Assembly: GCA_030650275.1 (NCBI GenBank)
Contig: JAUSEK010000026.1
Coordinates: forward strand, 1 to 62,491
Direction of reading: 5' to 3'
Length of the DNA: 62,491 nucleotides
Source of the DNA: Candidatus Omnitrophota bacterium
GTDB taxonomy: Bacteria > Omnitrophota > Gorgyraeia > Zapsychrales > Fredricksoniimonadaceae
The notes beneath the pieces are model-generated. The model searched no databases, was not told the origin of the DNA, and was given only the letters and a program-made list of their open reading frames with translations. Below, one piece after another: positions 43,739-53,246 of the stretch; position 1 is the first letter of the stretch, and every line of letters begins with the position of its first letter. The position numbers and the translations under genes are program-made.

Positions 43739-44860
43739 ATGCAAAAATTTTTTAATAAAAATTCTTTATATGTTCACGTCCCGTTCTGCCTGAACAAGTG
43801 TTTGTTCTGTTCTTTTGCCGTCAGCGTCGGACAAGGCCATCGCGCGGACGATTATATCGGAGCGCTTGAGCGCGAAGCACAGGCCCATCGCGGCGCGCGG
43901 CTGAATACTGTTTATCTGGGCGGCGGCACACCGACATTTTTATCCGCCGTTCAATTGAAACGTCTGATGAAATTTCTGCGCGGCCATTTCGTTTTTGAGC
44001 CCGGCTGTGAGATCACCATTGAGGCGAATCCCGATGATATTAATGCTGAAAAATCCCAATGCCTGTTGGACCTTGGATTCAACCGCGTGAGCATGGGCGC
44101 GCAAACATTTGATGACCGCTATTTGAAATTCTTGGGGCGCACGCACGATGCCGCAAGGGCCCGGGCGGCCTTTGAATGTTTGCGTTCGGCGGGATTCGGC
44201 AACATCAACGTGGATCTGATGTATGGTTTTCCCGGGCAAAGCGAAGAGGAGTTGGACAATGACGCGCGCCGGCTCGCGGATCTGGGCAGCGAGCACGTGT
44301 CCGTCTATACGTTGACCATTGAGCCCAACAGCCGTTTTTATGCCCGGCAAATGAAATTGGATGATGAAGAAAAATTGGCCCGCCATTATGCACTTGTGAC
44401 GCGGGTGTTGGAAACAGCCGGATTGTGCCAGTATGAGATCAGCAATTTCGCCCGCCACGGGTATGAAAGCCGGCACAACAGCCATTATTGGACGGGCGGG
44501 GATTATATCGGCTTAGGCATGGGCGCGCACAGTCATGCGGCCGGACGCAGGTTTTGGAATGAGGACAAACTAGTCCCTTATTTAGAGAAGGTGAACGCGG
44601 CCGGAAGCGCCGTTGCCGGTGAGGAAAATTTATCGCCTCGCCAGCGTTTGGGCGAACGTTTTGTTCTGGGACTGCGCACGAACAAGGGCGTTGATCACGC
44701 GGTCCTTGAAGATGAGATCGGATGTCCTCTGGAAAAGGATGTTTTGCGGCAGGTCACGGAACTTGTGGAGGAGGGGTTTTTGGAAAAAGAAGGGACCACG
44801 GTGCGCGCGACCATGAAAGGCCGTTTGGTCCTGGACGAGATCGCCAGCCGGTTGGTTTAA
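43739..44860 (+). CDS. hemW: Radical SAM heme chaperone (HemN-like)
   Basis: YVHVPFCLNKCLFC, GGGTPT, YEISNF..SRHN. Confidence 0.9.
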   Translation: MQKFFNKNSLYVHVPFCLNKCLFCSFAVSVGQGHRADDYIGALEREAQAHRGARLNTVYLGGGTPTFLSAVQLKRLMKFLRGHFVFEPGCEITIEANPDDINAEKSQCLLDLGFNRVSMGAQTFDDRYLKFLGRTHDAARARAAFECLRSAGFGNINVDLMYGFPGQSEEELDNDARRLADLGSEHVSVYTLTIEPNSRFYARQMKLDDEEKLARHYALVTRVLETAGLCQYEISNFARHGYESRHNSHYWTGGDYIGLGMGAHSHAAGRRFWNEDKLVPYLEKVNAAGSAVAGEENLSPRQRLGERFVLGLRTNKGVDHAVLEDEIGCPLEKDVLRQVTELVEEGFLEKEGTTVRATMKGRLVLDEIASRLV

Positions 44861-44862
44861 TT

Positions 44863-44904
44863 AAGGTAGCACCTGCCTTCTTGAAAGAAGGCAGGTGCTA
44901 CCTT
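44863..44904. repeat. Long perfect palindrome between convergent genes (terminator or REP-like)
   Basis: AAGGTAGCACCTGCCTTCTT-ga-AAGAAGGCAGGTGCTACCTT. Confidence 0.8.
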
Positions 44905-45978
44905 CTAAAAATGCGCGGCGATCCGTTGGCTATGGCTGAAGAGTTTCAGCAAGGACGCGCGGATCAGATCGCGGTATTCGGCGTGCATTTTCAAGTTTTC
45001 TAAAATATTTTGCGCCTGTTTCAAACGTGTTTCGATCGCCGCGAACGCGTAATTCAAGCTCCCGCCCTCAACGAAAATACGCCTCACCTGCCGTAGATCA
45101 CCCATCGTTTTGACCGGCTTGTTGAATATTTTCAGGAATTCCGCTTTTTGTTTGCCGCGCAGAGTCCGGTTGGCATGGCAGACCAGCAGTGTTTTTTTGG
45201 ATTCGGCCAGATCGCTCAAGATGCTTTTGCCGATGTTTTTTTCCGTCTCGTAAATGCCGATGATATCGTCCTGGATCTGGAAGGCCTGGCCGATGAGGAT
45301 GCCGAAGCGGGACAATTTTTTGATCTCGTTGTTGTTGGCGCCGGCGAGGATGGCGCCGGTGACCATGGGGCAGTCAAAGGTGTAACGGGCGGTCTTGAGC
45401 GTATAATTCAGGAAGACGTCTTTTTCCGTCACCCGGTCCAAACGCTCAACGCCGTGCACCGTGTCAATGAATTCCCCCATGGCGGTGAATGCCGCGGTCT
45501 GGATGAAATATTTGAGCGCGCGCTCTTTGCGCTCCGGCGGTTCTTTGACCGCCAAAAACGCGTCAATGGCCAAGGCATAGACGATATCGCCGGTGATGAT
45601 GCCAAGGTCAATGCCCAGCTTATCCGGGTTTGTCGTCGGGACTGTTTTGGCCAGGACCTTGTGGAGCGTTGGTCTGCCGCGGCGCAGGTTGGAGCGGTCA
45701 ATGATGTCGTCGTGGATGAGCATGAAATTGTGCAGGAATTCCATGCACGTTGAGGCATTGTATAATGTTTTCGCGATGGCCCTGTCTTTGGGCGCGTAGC
45801 CCTTGTAGGTCAGGATCAAGAGCAAAGGGCGGATGCGTTTGCCTTCGCGCAAGGTGAATTCGCGGATGCTTTCGAACAGGAGTGGGCTGACGAGGTGGAG
45901 CTTGTAGTCCTTTTTGACGGTGTTGAGGAAGGAAGCTAAACTCGCGTCAATATTTTTGCGGATGCGTTCAATGATCAC
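44905..45978 (-). CDS. Polyprenyl diphosphate synthase
   Basis: GKRIRP, LIHDDIID..RRG, FQIQDD. Confidence 0.92.
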   Translation of the reverse strand: MIIERIRKNIDASLASFLNTVKKDYKLHLVSPLLFESIREFTLREGKRIRPLLLILTYKGYAPKDRAIAKTLYNASTCMEFLHNFMLIHDDIIDRSNLRRGRPTLHKVLAKTVPTTNPDKLGIDLGIITGDIVYALAIDAFLAVKEPPERKERALKYFIQTAAFTAMGEFIDTVHGVERLDRVTEKDVFLNYTLKTARYTFDCPMVTGAILAGANNNEIKKLSRFGILIGQAFQIQDDIIGIYETEKNIGKSILSDLAESKKTLLVCHANRTLRGKQKAEFLKIFNKPVKTMGDLRQVRRIFVEGGSLNYAFAAIETRLKQAQNILENLKMHAEYRDLIRASLLKLFSHSQRIAAHF

Positions 45979-46056
45979 GGGGGTTATCCTAACATATCCG
46001 TTTATTTATCTCAAATATTCCTTTCATCAAGCGCACGGTTGATCTACAATAAAATC

Positions 46057-46581
46057 ATGAAAATAATTCTTTGTGTTCCTGTTTTGATCTTAATGATTTG
46101 TGCGCCGGTCCATGCCCAGGAGGAGACGCAACCTGCAACGACTGCTGCGGATGCGGCCGCGCAACCCGCGGCCGTTGCGCCGGCTCCGGCCGCCGCACCC
46201 GCCGAGCCAGCACCCGCGGTCATGGGCGAAAAGCGGGAACTCATCCTCAAATTCATCGACACCTTCGGCACCAAGTCCGCCATGGAACAAAACCTGAACA
46301 CCATGTTTGAGGACATGGGGTCCGATGACCCGCAAACACAGAAGTTCAAAGACAATGTCCGCGTGGACGAGATCATTGAACAACTCATCCCTTTGTATGA
46401 CAAACACTTCAGCGCGGATGAACTCAAGGCCTATATCACTTTTTATTCCTCTCCTGAAGGGCAGAGGCTCCTGCAAACCATCCCGGTCTTGATGGAGGAA
46501 AGCGTTGACATCAGCGCCAAGTATTTTGAAGAGAAATTTCCCGTTGCTCCCGAAGATACTGACAAGAACGTAACCCAATAA
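46057..46581 (+). CDS. Secreted DUF2059-like protein
   Basis: Signal peptide, Ala/Pro linker, YDKHFSADELKAYITFYSSPEGQ. Confidence 0.75.
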   Translation: MKIILCVPVLILMICAPVHAQEETQPATTAADAAAQPAAVAPAPAAAPAEPAPAVMGEKRELILKFIDTFGTKSAMEQNLNTMFEDMGSDDPQTQKFKDNVRVDEIIEQLIPLYDKHFSADELKAYITFYSSPEGQRLLQTIPVLMEESVDISAKYFEEKFPVAPEDTDKNVTQ

Positions 46582-46709
46582 GAATCAATAAGTTATAGAA
46601 TTTTCATAGTCCGGACGCGCTTTTTAGGTTGACCGTCCGGATTTTCTCTGCTATATTATCCCCGCTTTCCGCCTCACAAGATCTTCATAAACCCTTTGAG
46701 GAGAACATC

Positions 46710-48005
46710 ATGATCGATCGTTACAGTTTGTCCAAAATGAGCCGTATTTGGTCGGATGAGCATAAGATGGAGATCATGCTCAAGATCGAGGTCCTGGCCT
46801 GCGAGGCCATGTCCAAGATAGGGCTTATTCCCAAGGCGGCCATGGAGAAGATCCGCAAGAACGCCAAATTTGACATTGATGAAGTCCGCCGCATTGAAGA
46901 GCGCACCAAACACGATGTGGTCGCCTTCATCCAGAACGTGGGGCAGAACCTCGGTTCCGACGCCCAATACCTGCATATGGGCCTGACCTCCTCGGACCTT
47001 CTGGACACGTCGCTGTCCGTGCAATGCGTGGAAGCCAGCGACATCCTCATCGCCGACATCAAGAAATTCGCGGGGGTCATTAAAGAAAAGGCCAAGAAAT
47101 ACAAGGACACGGTCTGTGTCGCCCGCACCCACGGCGTGCATGCCGAGCCGACCACCTTCGGTTTGAAACTGGCCATCTGGTACGACGAGATGAACCGCAA
47201 TCTGGAACGCATGCAGCAGGCCCGCGAGAGCATGCGCATCGGCAAACTCTCCGGCGCGGTCGGCACGTACGCCAGTGTGGAGCCATCCGTCGAGGAATAT
47301 GTCTGCGCCCAACTGGGGCTGAAGGCCGCCAATGTGGCCACCCAGATCATCCAGCGCGACCACCATTGCCATTTTGTCACGACGCTGGCCCTGATCGGCT
47401 GTTCGCTGGAGAAATTTGCCACCGAGATCCGCGCTTTGCAAAAGACGGAATTGCTGGAAGTTGAAGAGCCGTTCTTCAAGGGCCAGATCGGTTCGTCGGC
47501 CATGCCGCACAAGAGAAACCCCGTGACCTGCGAGCGCATCTGCGGGTTGTCCCGCATTTTGCGCGCCAACGCCATGGTGGCTTTTGAGAACATCAATCTC
47601 TGGCACGAGCGCGACATCAGCCATTCTTCCGCCGAGCGCGTCATTTTGCCGGATTCAACGATCGCTTTGAATTACATGCTCAACAAGTTCATCCCCATCG
47701 TTGAGGGACTGCTGGTGTACCCCAAGAATATGATCGCGTCGCTGTCCAAGACGCGCGGGCTCATTTATTCCCAGCGTATTCTTTTGGAGCTCATGAAAAA
47801 AGGCCTGCCCCGCGACACGGCGTACGAGATCATCCAATCCTGCGCCATGCAGGTCTGGCAGGAAAGCACGGAGTTCAAGGACGTGCTGTACCGCGACCGG
47901 CGCGTGCGCAAATATCTTTCCAAGAACGAGATCGACGGGTGCTTTGACATCAAGTTTTACATCCGTCATCGCGACAAGGTCTTTAAACGCGCGGGGATCA
48001 AATGA
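46710..48005 (+). CDS. purB: Adenylosuccinate lyase
   Basis: MIDRYS, RTHGVHAEP, GSSAMPHKRNP. Confidence 0.97.
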   Translation: MIDRYSLSKMSRIWSDEHKMEIMLKIEVLACEAMSKIGLIPKAAMEKIRKNAKFDIDEVRRIEERTKHDVVAFIQNVGQNLGSDAQYLHMGLTSSDLLDTSLSVQCVEASDILIADIKKFAGVIKEKAKKYKDTVCVARTHGVHAEPTTFGLKLAIWYDEMNRNLERMQQARESMRIGKLSGAVGTYASVEPSVEEYVCAQLGLKAANVATQIIQRDHHCHFVTTLALIGCSLEKFATEIRALQKTELLEVEEPFFKGQIGSSAMPHKRNPVTCERICGLSRILRANAMVAFENINLWHERDISHSSAERVILPDSTIALNYMLNKFIPIVEGLLVYPKNMIASLSKTRGLIYSQRILLELMKKGLPRDTAYEIIQSCAMQVWQESTEFKDVLYRDRRVRKYLSKNEIDGCFDIKFYIRHRDKVFKRAGIK

Positions 48006-48709
48006 TGCAGAAAGTCCAGCCGATCTACGAAGGCAAGGCCAAGATCCTTTACACGACCCAGGACCCGGACCTGCTCATCCAATATTTCAAGGATGATGCC
48101 ACGGCGTTTAACGCCGCCAAGAAAGGGACCATCCGTGAAAAGGGGATCATGAACAACCGCATCGCGGCCAAGATCTTTGAGTATCTGGCCGGCTGCGGCA
48201 TCCCGACGCATTTTGAACGCCTGTTGAGCGACCGGGAAATGCTGGTCAAAAAGGTGAGCATCGTCCCTTTGGAGGTCATCGTGCGCAACCGCGCCGCCGG
48301 GACCTTGTGCCGTTTGCTGGGCCTGGCCGAAGGCACGACCCTGGCCTGTCCGACGCTGGAATTCTGCTACAAGAATGACGCTTTGGGCGATCCTCTGGTC
48401 AATGAGTATCACATCCGGGCCCTGGGGCTTGCCACCGACGAGGAAATGACAAAGATCTCCGCGATGGCCCTGTCCATCAACGGGCATTTGCAGGCGTTTT
48501 TCAAAAAACTGAACATTGAACTGATCGACTTTAAACTGGAATTCGGACGCTGCAAAGGCGATATCATCCTGGCGGATGAGATCTCTCCTGATACCTGCCG
48601 TTTATGGGAATTGGGTACGGGCGAAAAGCTCGATAAGGACCGTTTCCGCAGGGACTTGGGCAATATCGAAGAGGCCTATCAGGAAGTTCTGCGCCGCGTC
48701 AGCGCTTAA
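48002..48709 (+). CDS. purC: SAICAR synthetase
   Basis: YEGKAK, FKDDATAFN, DFKLEFG, DEISPD. Confidence 0.97.
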   Translation: MMQKVQPIYEGKAKILYTTQDPDLLIQYFKDDATAFNAAKKGTIREKGIMNNRIAAKIFEYLAGCGIPTHFERLLSDREMLVKKVSIVPLEVIVRNRAAGTLCRLLGLAEGTTLACPTLEFCYKNDALGDPLVNEYHIRALGLATDEEMTKISAMALSINGHLQAFFKKLNIELIDFKLEFGRCKGDIILADEISPDTCRLWELGTGEKLDKDRFRRDLGNIEEAYQEVLRRVSA

Positions 48710-48720
48710 ATTCTCACCTT

Positions 48721-51627
48721 ATGGTTTGGCGTGTAGAGATCCGTGAAAAAGAAGGGGTCAATGACTGTCTTGGGCAAAGCATTGCCCAGGAGATCGTTGA
48801 TCTGGGACTGACGTCGGTCAAACGCGTGCGGACCGCAGCGGTGTATCTTTTGCACGGCCCATTGAACGGCACGGACGCAGACAGGATCTGCCGCGAACTT
48901 CTGTGTGACCCCGTTGTCCAGGAATACCGTTATGCCGCCAAGCCCATGGGTGTTTGGGGCAAGGGCGGTAAGCCCAACCACACCGTCGAGATCGCTTATA
49001 ATCCCGGCGTCATGGACCCGGTCGAGGCATCCACGGTCAAGGCCATCCGTGATCTGGGCCTCGCCGGCATCCGCGCGGTGCGCACAGCCAAACAGTATCT
49101 TTTCTGGGGCAAGCTCTCCAAAGCACAAGCCGCTTCCATCACCAGCCGTGTGCTGATGAACAAACTCATCCAGCACGCCGTTGTTAAACCCGCCGACCCT
49201 TTCAAAAACATTTCCTCCACAGCTTCCAGCAACGCGTTTAACATGGTCACGGTGGATCTGCTGGGCTCCTCGGACAAAGGGCTTCGGGATTTGAGCCGCC
49301 AGGGGCAGTTGTATCTTAACCTTGACGAGATGAAGGCTATTCGGGATTATTTCCGTAAGGAAAAGCGCAACCCCACCGACGTAGAGCTGGAAACCATTGC
49401 CCAGACCTGGAGCGAGCATTGCTGCCACAAGACCTTCCGCGGCAATATCCGTTATACGGCTTACGACGGGAAAAAGTCCAAAACCATTGTCATCCGCAGT
49501 TTGTTCAAATCCTTCATTGCCAAAGTCACGCATGAACTTAACAAGCCCTGGTGCGTGTCCGTGTTCCATGACAATGCCGGGGTCATCACTTTTGACGACG
49601 ATTATCACGTGTGTTTCAAGGTGGAAACGCACAATCATCCCTCCGCCCTGGAACCATTCGGCGGGGCCAATACCGGTGTGGGCGGGGTCATCCGCGACAC
49701 GCTGGGCACGGGGCTGGCCGCCAAACCATTGTGCAATACCGATATTTTTTGTTTTGCCCCGCCGGACACGCCTGCCAGCCAATTGCCCGCCGGAACCCTG
49801 CATCCTCAACGCGTGATGAAAGGGGTGGTCAGCGGCGTGCGCGATTACGGCAACAAGATGGGCATCCCCACGGTCAACGGTGCCATTGTTTTTGACCGTG
49901 GTTTCGCGGGCAACCCGCTGGTTTTTTGCGGTAACGTGGGGCTTATTCCCAAGGGCAAGGAAAATAAGAAGGTCAACGCCGGGGACCTCATTGTGACCAT
50001 GGGAGGGCGCACCGGCCGCGATGGCATCCACGGCGCCACGTTCTCGTCGGGAGAATTGACCAATGAATCAGAAACGATCTCTTCGGGCGCTGTGCAGATC
50101 GGCAATCCCATTGAAGAAAAGAAGGTCCTGGACGCGCTCTTAAAGGCGCGCGGCAAAGGGCTGTATTCGGCCATCACCGATTGCGGGGCCGGTGGTTTTT
50201 CCAGCGCTGTCGGGGAAATGGGCCAGGAGGCCGGGGCCCGGGTGGACCTGGACAAAGCGCCGCTCAAATATGAAGGCCTGCGTTATGACGAGATATGGAT
50301 CTCCGAATCGCAGGAGCGCATGGTCCTGGCCGTGCCGCCCGCGAAGATCAATGAGTTCTTGAAATTGTGCGCGGATGAGAATGTCGAGGCCGCGGTCATC
50401 GGCGAGTTTGGCGGCAAGCGCCTGCGGCTTTTTTATTGCGGCCGACAGGTGGCGGATCTGGACATGGTTTTTGTCCACGATGGTTTGCCTCAGATCACCA
50501 AGGAAGCCGTGTATCGTGCCCCGGCTGTTAAAAAAGAAAAATTGCCGGCAGTCAAGAAAAACCTGACCGCTGATCTGCGCGCGGCTTTAGCTCATAACAA
50601 TGTCGCTTCCAAAGAAAGCGTCATCCGGGTCTATGACCATGAGGTGCAGGGGACCAGTGTCATCAAGCCCCTGGTCGGTGTTTTCAGCGACGGGCCTTCG
50701 GATGCGGCGGTATTGCGGCCCCGATTGCAGAGCAATCGGGGCATTGCGGTGTCCAATGGCATCAACGTCCGTTACGGCATGATCGACCCGTTCTGGATGG
50801 CCGCCTCCTGCATTGACGAGGCCATACGACAGATCGTCGCTGTCGGCGGTGATGTCCAACGTATCGCGTTATTGGATAATTTTTGCTGGGGCAATCCGGA
50901 CAAGAGCGACCGTCTGGGGACCCTGGTGCGCTGCGCGCAAGGGTGTTATGAATTCGCCAAGGCATTCGGCACCCCGTTCATTTCCGGCAAGGACAGTTTG
51001 TATAATGAATATACCCGCAAAGGCAAGTCACTGGCCATTCCGGGCACGGTCCTTATTTCGGCCTTAGGCATCATGGACGACGTGCGGCGCTGCGTCACCA
51101 TGGACTTCAAGCGTTCCGGCAACGCGATCTATATGGTGGGCAGAACACTGGATGAGATGGGCGGATCCGTTTATTTAGACAATCACGGTCAGTTGGGGTC
51201 CGGTGTCCCTAAAGTTGATGCCCGTCGGGCCCTGCAAATATACAAAGCCCTTCATACGGCTGTACAGTCGGGGTTGGCGCAGGCCATGCATGATTGTTCC
51301 GAGGGCGGTCTGGCCGTGGCCTTGGCCGAAATGGCTTTCGCGGGCGGTTTGGGTGCGACGGTCTTGTTAAAAAATGTCCCGTATCAGGGCGCGTCAAAGC
51401 GCGACGACATTATTTTATTTTCCGAATCCAATTCCCGGATGCTCGTCGAGGTCGCGCCCGCGCATGAGGCATTTTTCGTGCGTCTGCTCAAAGACACGGC
51501 GCACGCGAAGATCGGCATGGTCGGGCAGTCCCCGGAATTTTTGGTCTACGGCCTTAAGGACGTGCCGGTCATTCACGCGGGGATCAATGATCTCAAAGAT
51601 GTTTGGCAAATGGCATTGTCTATTTAA
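48721..51627 (+). CDS. purL: FGAM synthase large subunit with N-terminal PurS-like extension
   Basis: WSEHCCHK, VETHNHPS, GGRTGRDG, ISGKDS. Confidence 0.95.
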   Translation: MVWRVEIREKEGVNDCLGQSIAQEIVDLGLTSVKRVRTAAVYLLHGPLNGTDADRICRELLCDPVVQEYRYAAKPMGVWGKGGKPNHTVEIAYNPGVMDPVEASTVKAIRDLGLAGIRAVRTAKQYLFWGKLSKAQAASITSRVLMNKLIQHAVVKPADPFKNISSTASSNAFNMVTVDLLGSSDKGLRDLSRQGQLYLNLDEMKAIRDYFRKEKRNPTDVELETIAQTWSEHCCHKTFRGNIRYTAYDGKKSKTIVIRSLFKSFIAKVTHELNKPWCVSVFHDNAGVITFDDDYHVCFKVETHNHPSALEPFGGANTGVGGVIRDTLGTGLAAKPLCNTDIFCFAPPDTPASQLPAGTLHPQRVMKGVVSGVRDYGNKMGIPTVNGAIVFDRGFAGNPLVFCGNVGLIPKGKENKKVNAGDLIVTMGGRTGRDGIHGATFSSGELTNESETISSGAVQIGNPIEEKKVLDALLKARGKGLYSAITDCGAGGFSSAVGEMGQEAGARVDLDKAPLKYEGLRYDEIWISESQERMVLAVPPAKINEFLKLCADENVEAAVIGEFGGKRLRLFYCGRQVADLDMVFVHDGLPQITKEAVYRAPAVKKEKLPAVKKNLTADLRAALAHNNVASKESVIRVYDHEVQGTSVIKPLVGVFSDGPSDAAVLRPRLQSNRGIAVSNGINVRYGMIDPFWMAASCIDEAIRQIVAVGGDVQRIALLDNFCWGNPDKSDRLGTLVRCAQGCYEFAKAFGTPFISGKDSLYNEYTRKGKSLAIPGTVLISALGIMDDVRRCVTMDFKRSGNAIYMVGRTLDEMGGSVYLDNHGQLGSGVPKVDARRALQIYKALHTAVQSGLAQAMHDCSEGGLAVALAEMAFAGGLGATVLLKNVPYQGASKRDDIILFSESNSRMLVEVAPAHEAFFVRLLKDTAHAKIGMVGQSPEFLVYGLKDVPVIHAGINDLKDVWQMALSI

Positions 51628-51632
51628 CCGGC

Positions 51633-51698
51633 TGTCACCCCCGAATGTTTTTATCGGGGGTCCAGTGCACTAGATTCCCGCTTTCGCGGGAATGACAA
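51633..51698. repeat. REP doublet (GTCA-hairpin-TCCA type)
   Basis: TGTCACCCCCGA..TCGGGGGTCCA followed by inverted ATTCCCGCTTTCGCGGGAATGACA. Confidence 0.85.
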
Positions 51699-51706
51699 GG
51701 AGTTTT

Positions 51707-52381
51707 ATGGCAAAGAAAATCAAACATCCGCACGTGCCTGACCTGGACCTGATGGAAGACCCGTGGCGGGTCTTTCGCATCATGGCGGAATTTGTTGACG
51801 GGTTTGACCAGATGTCCAAGATCGGGCCGGCGGTGAGCATTTTCGGTTCCGCGCGCATCAAGTCCGGAAGTCCTTATTACAGGGCCGCGGAGAGGACATC
51901 ACACCTTTTAGTCAAGGCCGGATATGCCATCATCACCGGTGGGGGTCCCAGCATCATGGAGGCGGCCAATAAAGGGGCGGAGTCGGCCGCCGGCAAGTCC
52001 ATCGGGCTTAACATTGACCTGCCCTTTGAACAAAAACCCAACCCGCACATCAATCATTTGATCAATTTCCATTATTTTTTCTGCCGCAAGGTGTGTTTTG
52101 TCAAATACGCCAAGGCCTTTGTGATCTTCCCAGGCGGCTACGGCACGCTTGATGAACTTTCGGAGAGCATCACGCTCATCCAGACCCAGCGCATGGAACC
52201 GTTTCCCGTCATCCTTTTCGGGAGCAAATATTGGAAAGGGCTTCTGAACTGGTTCAGGACCTCCATGCTTGAGGAAGATTGCATTGAAGCCAAGGACTTG
52301 AATATTATGCAGGTCGTGGACCGGCCGGAAGATGTTGTCAGGATCATCAAGAAATTTTATAGTAAGAAACATGGCCAATAA
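51707..52381 (+). CDS. LOG family protein (TIGR00730-like nucleotide phosphoribohydrolase)
   Basis: TGGGPSIMEA, PFEQKPN, PGGYGTLDE. Confidence 0.9.
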   Translation: MAKKIKHPHVPDLDLMEDPWRVFRIMAEFVDGFDQMSKIGPAVSIFGSARIKSGSPYYRAAERTSHLLVKAGYAIITGGGPSIMEAANKGAESAAGKSIGLNIDLPFEQKPNPHINHLINFHYFFCRKVCFVKYAKAFVIFPGGYGTLDELSESITLIQTQRMEPFPVILFGSKYWKGLLNWFRTSMLEEDCIEAKDLNIMQVVDRPEDVVRIIKKFYSKKHGQ

Positions 52382-52387
52382 TAACCA

Positions 52388-52421
52388 TTGTCACCCCCGA
52401 ATGTTTTAATCGGGGGTCCAG
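52388..52421. repeat. REP single copy (GTCA-hairpin-TCCA type)
   Basis: TTGTCACCCCCGAATGTTTTAATCGGGGGTCCAG. Confidence 0.85.
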
Positions 52422-52427
52422 AACATT

Positions 52428-53243
52428 ATGTCCAAACCAGTGAAAGTGGTCGTCCTGCGCACGGCAGGCACCAATTGCAACGAGGAAACGGCCTTCGCCT
52501 TTGCCCGTTTTGGTGCCGACGTTGAGCAGGTGCATGTCAATGCCCTGGTCAGCCGGACAAGAAAATTGTCGGACTACCATATCCTGGCCCTGCCCGGTGG
52601 TTTCAGTTACGGGGATGACATCGCCTCCGGCCGCATTTTGGCCAATGAGTTGCGCTTGAAATTGGGCGATGACCTCAAACGGTTCATTGCCGATGGAAAA
52701 TTGGTCATCGGTATCTGCAACGGGTTCCAGGTCCTGGTCAAAGCAGGGATCCTGCCTGGTTTAGATGCCCGGTCCGGGCAGGAGGCCACGCTTTTTAACA
52801 ATGATTCGGCGAAGTTCGAGGCCCGATGGACGCATTTGACCGTGGGCGGCAAATCCGTGTGGACCAAAGGGCTGCCCGGACGCATTGACCTGCCCGTGGC
52901 GCACGGGGAAGGGAAATTTATCCCTGTCAGCGGCAATGTGCTACAATTATTAAAGAAAAATAGCCAGATCGTGTTCCGTTATTGCGCCGCGGATGGGGGA
53001 AAACCCTTCGACAAAGCTCAGGGCAAGCCGGGTTACCCTGACAACCCTAATGGTTCGGTGGAAGACATCGCCGGCATCTGCGATACGACCGGCCGCGTGC
53101 TGGGCCTGATGCCGCATCCGGAACGGCATTTTTTCGCGATCCAGCATCCATCCTGGACGAGGCGTCCGCAAACAAGTGAATTCGGCGACGGCGCAAAAAT
53201 TTTTGAGAATGGCGTGAACTATGTCCGTTCGCGTTTATTGTGA
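52428..53243 (+). CDS. purQ: FGAM synthase glutaminase subunit
   Basis: AGTNC, PGGFSYGD, GICNGFQ, MPHPER. Confidence 0.96.
   Translation: MSKPVKVVVLRTAGTNCNEETAFAFARFGADVEQVHVNALVSRTRKLSDYHILALPGGFSYGDDIASGRILANELRLKLGDDLKRFIADGKLVIGICNGFQVLVKAGILPGLDARSGQEATLFNNDSAKFEARWTHLTVGGKSVWTKGLPGRIDLPVAHGEGKFIPVSGNVLQLLKKNSQIVFRYCAADGGKPFDKAQGKPGYPDNPNGSVEDIAGICDTTGRVLGLMPHPERHFFAIQHPSWTRRPQTSEFGDGAKIFENGVNYVRSRLL
53004..53027. repeat. In-frame REP-like insertion in purQ (encodes PFDKAQGK)
   Basis: CCCTTCGACAAAGCTCAGGGCAAG. Confidence 0.6.
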
Positions 53244-53246
53244 GAT

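Noticed and set aside
46674-50031. Long antisense ORFs over purB and purL (46674-47624, 46721-47644, 48706-50031)
   Set aside because: Shadow ORFs of GC-biased housekeeping genes; no promoter, SD or family motifs, unlike the nested units at 23-25 kb.
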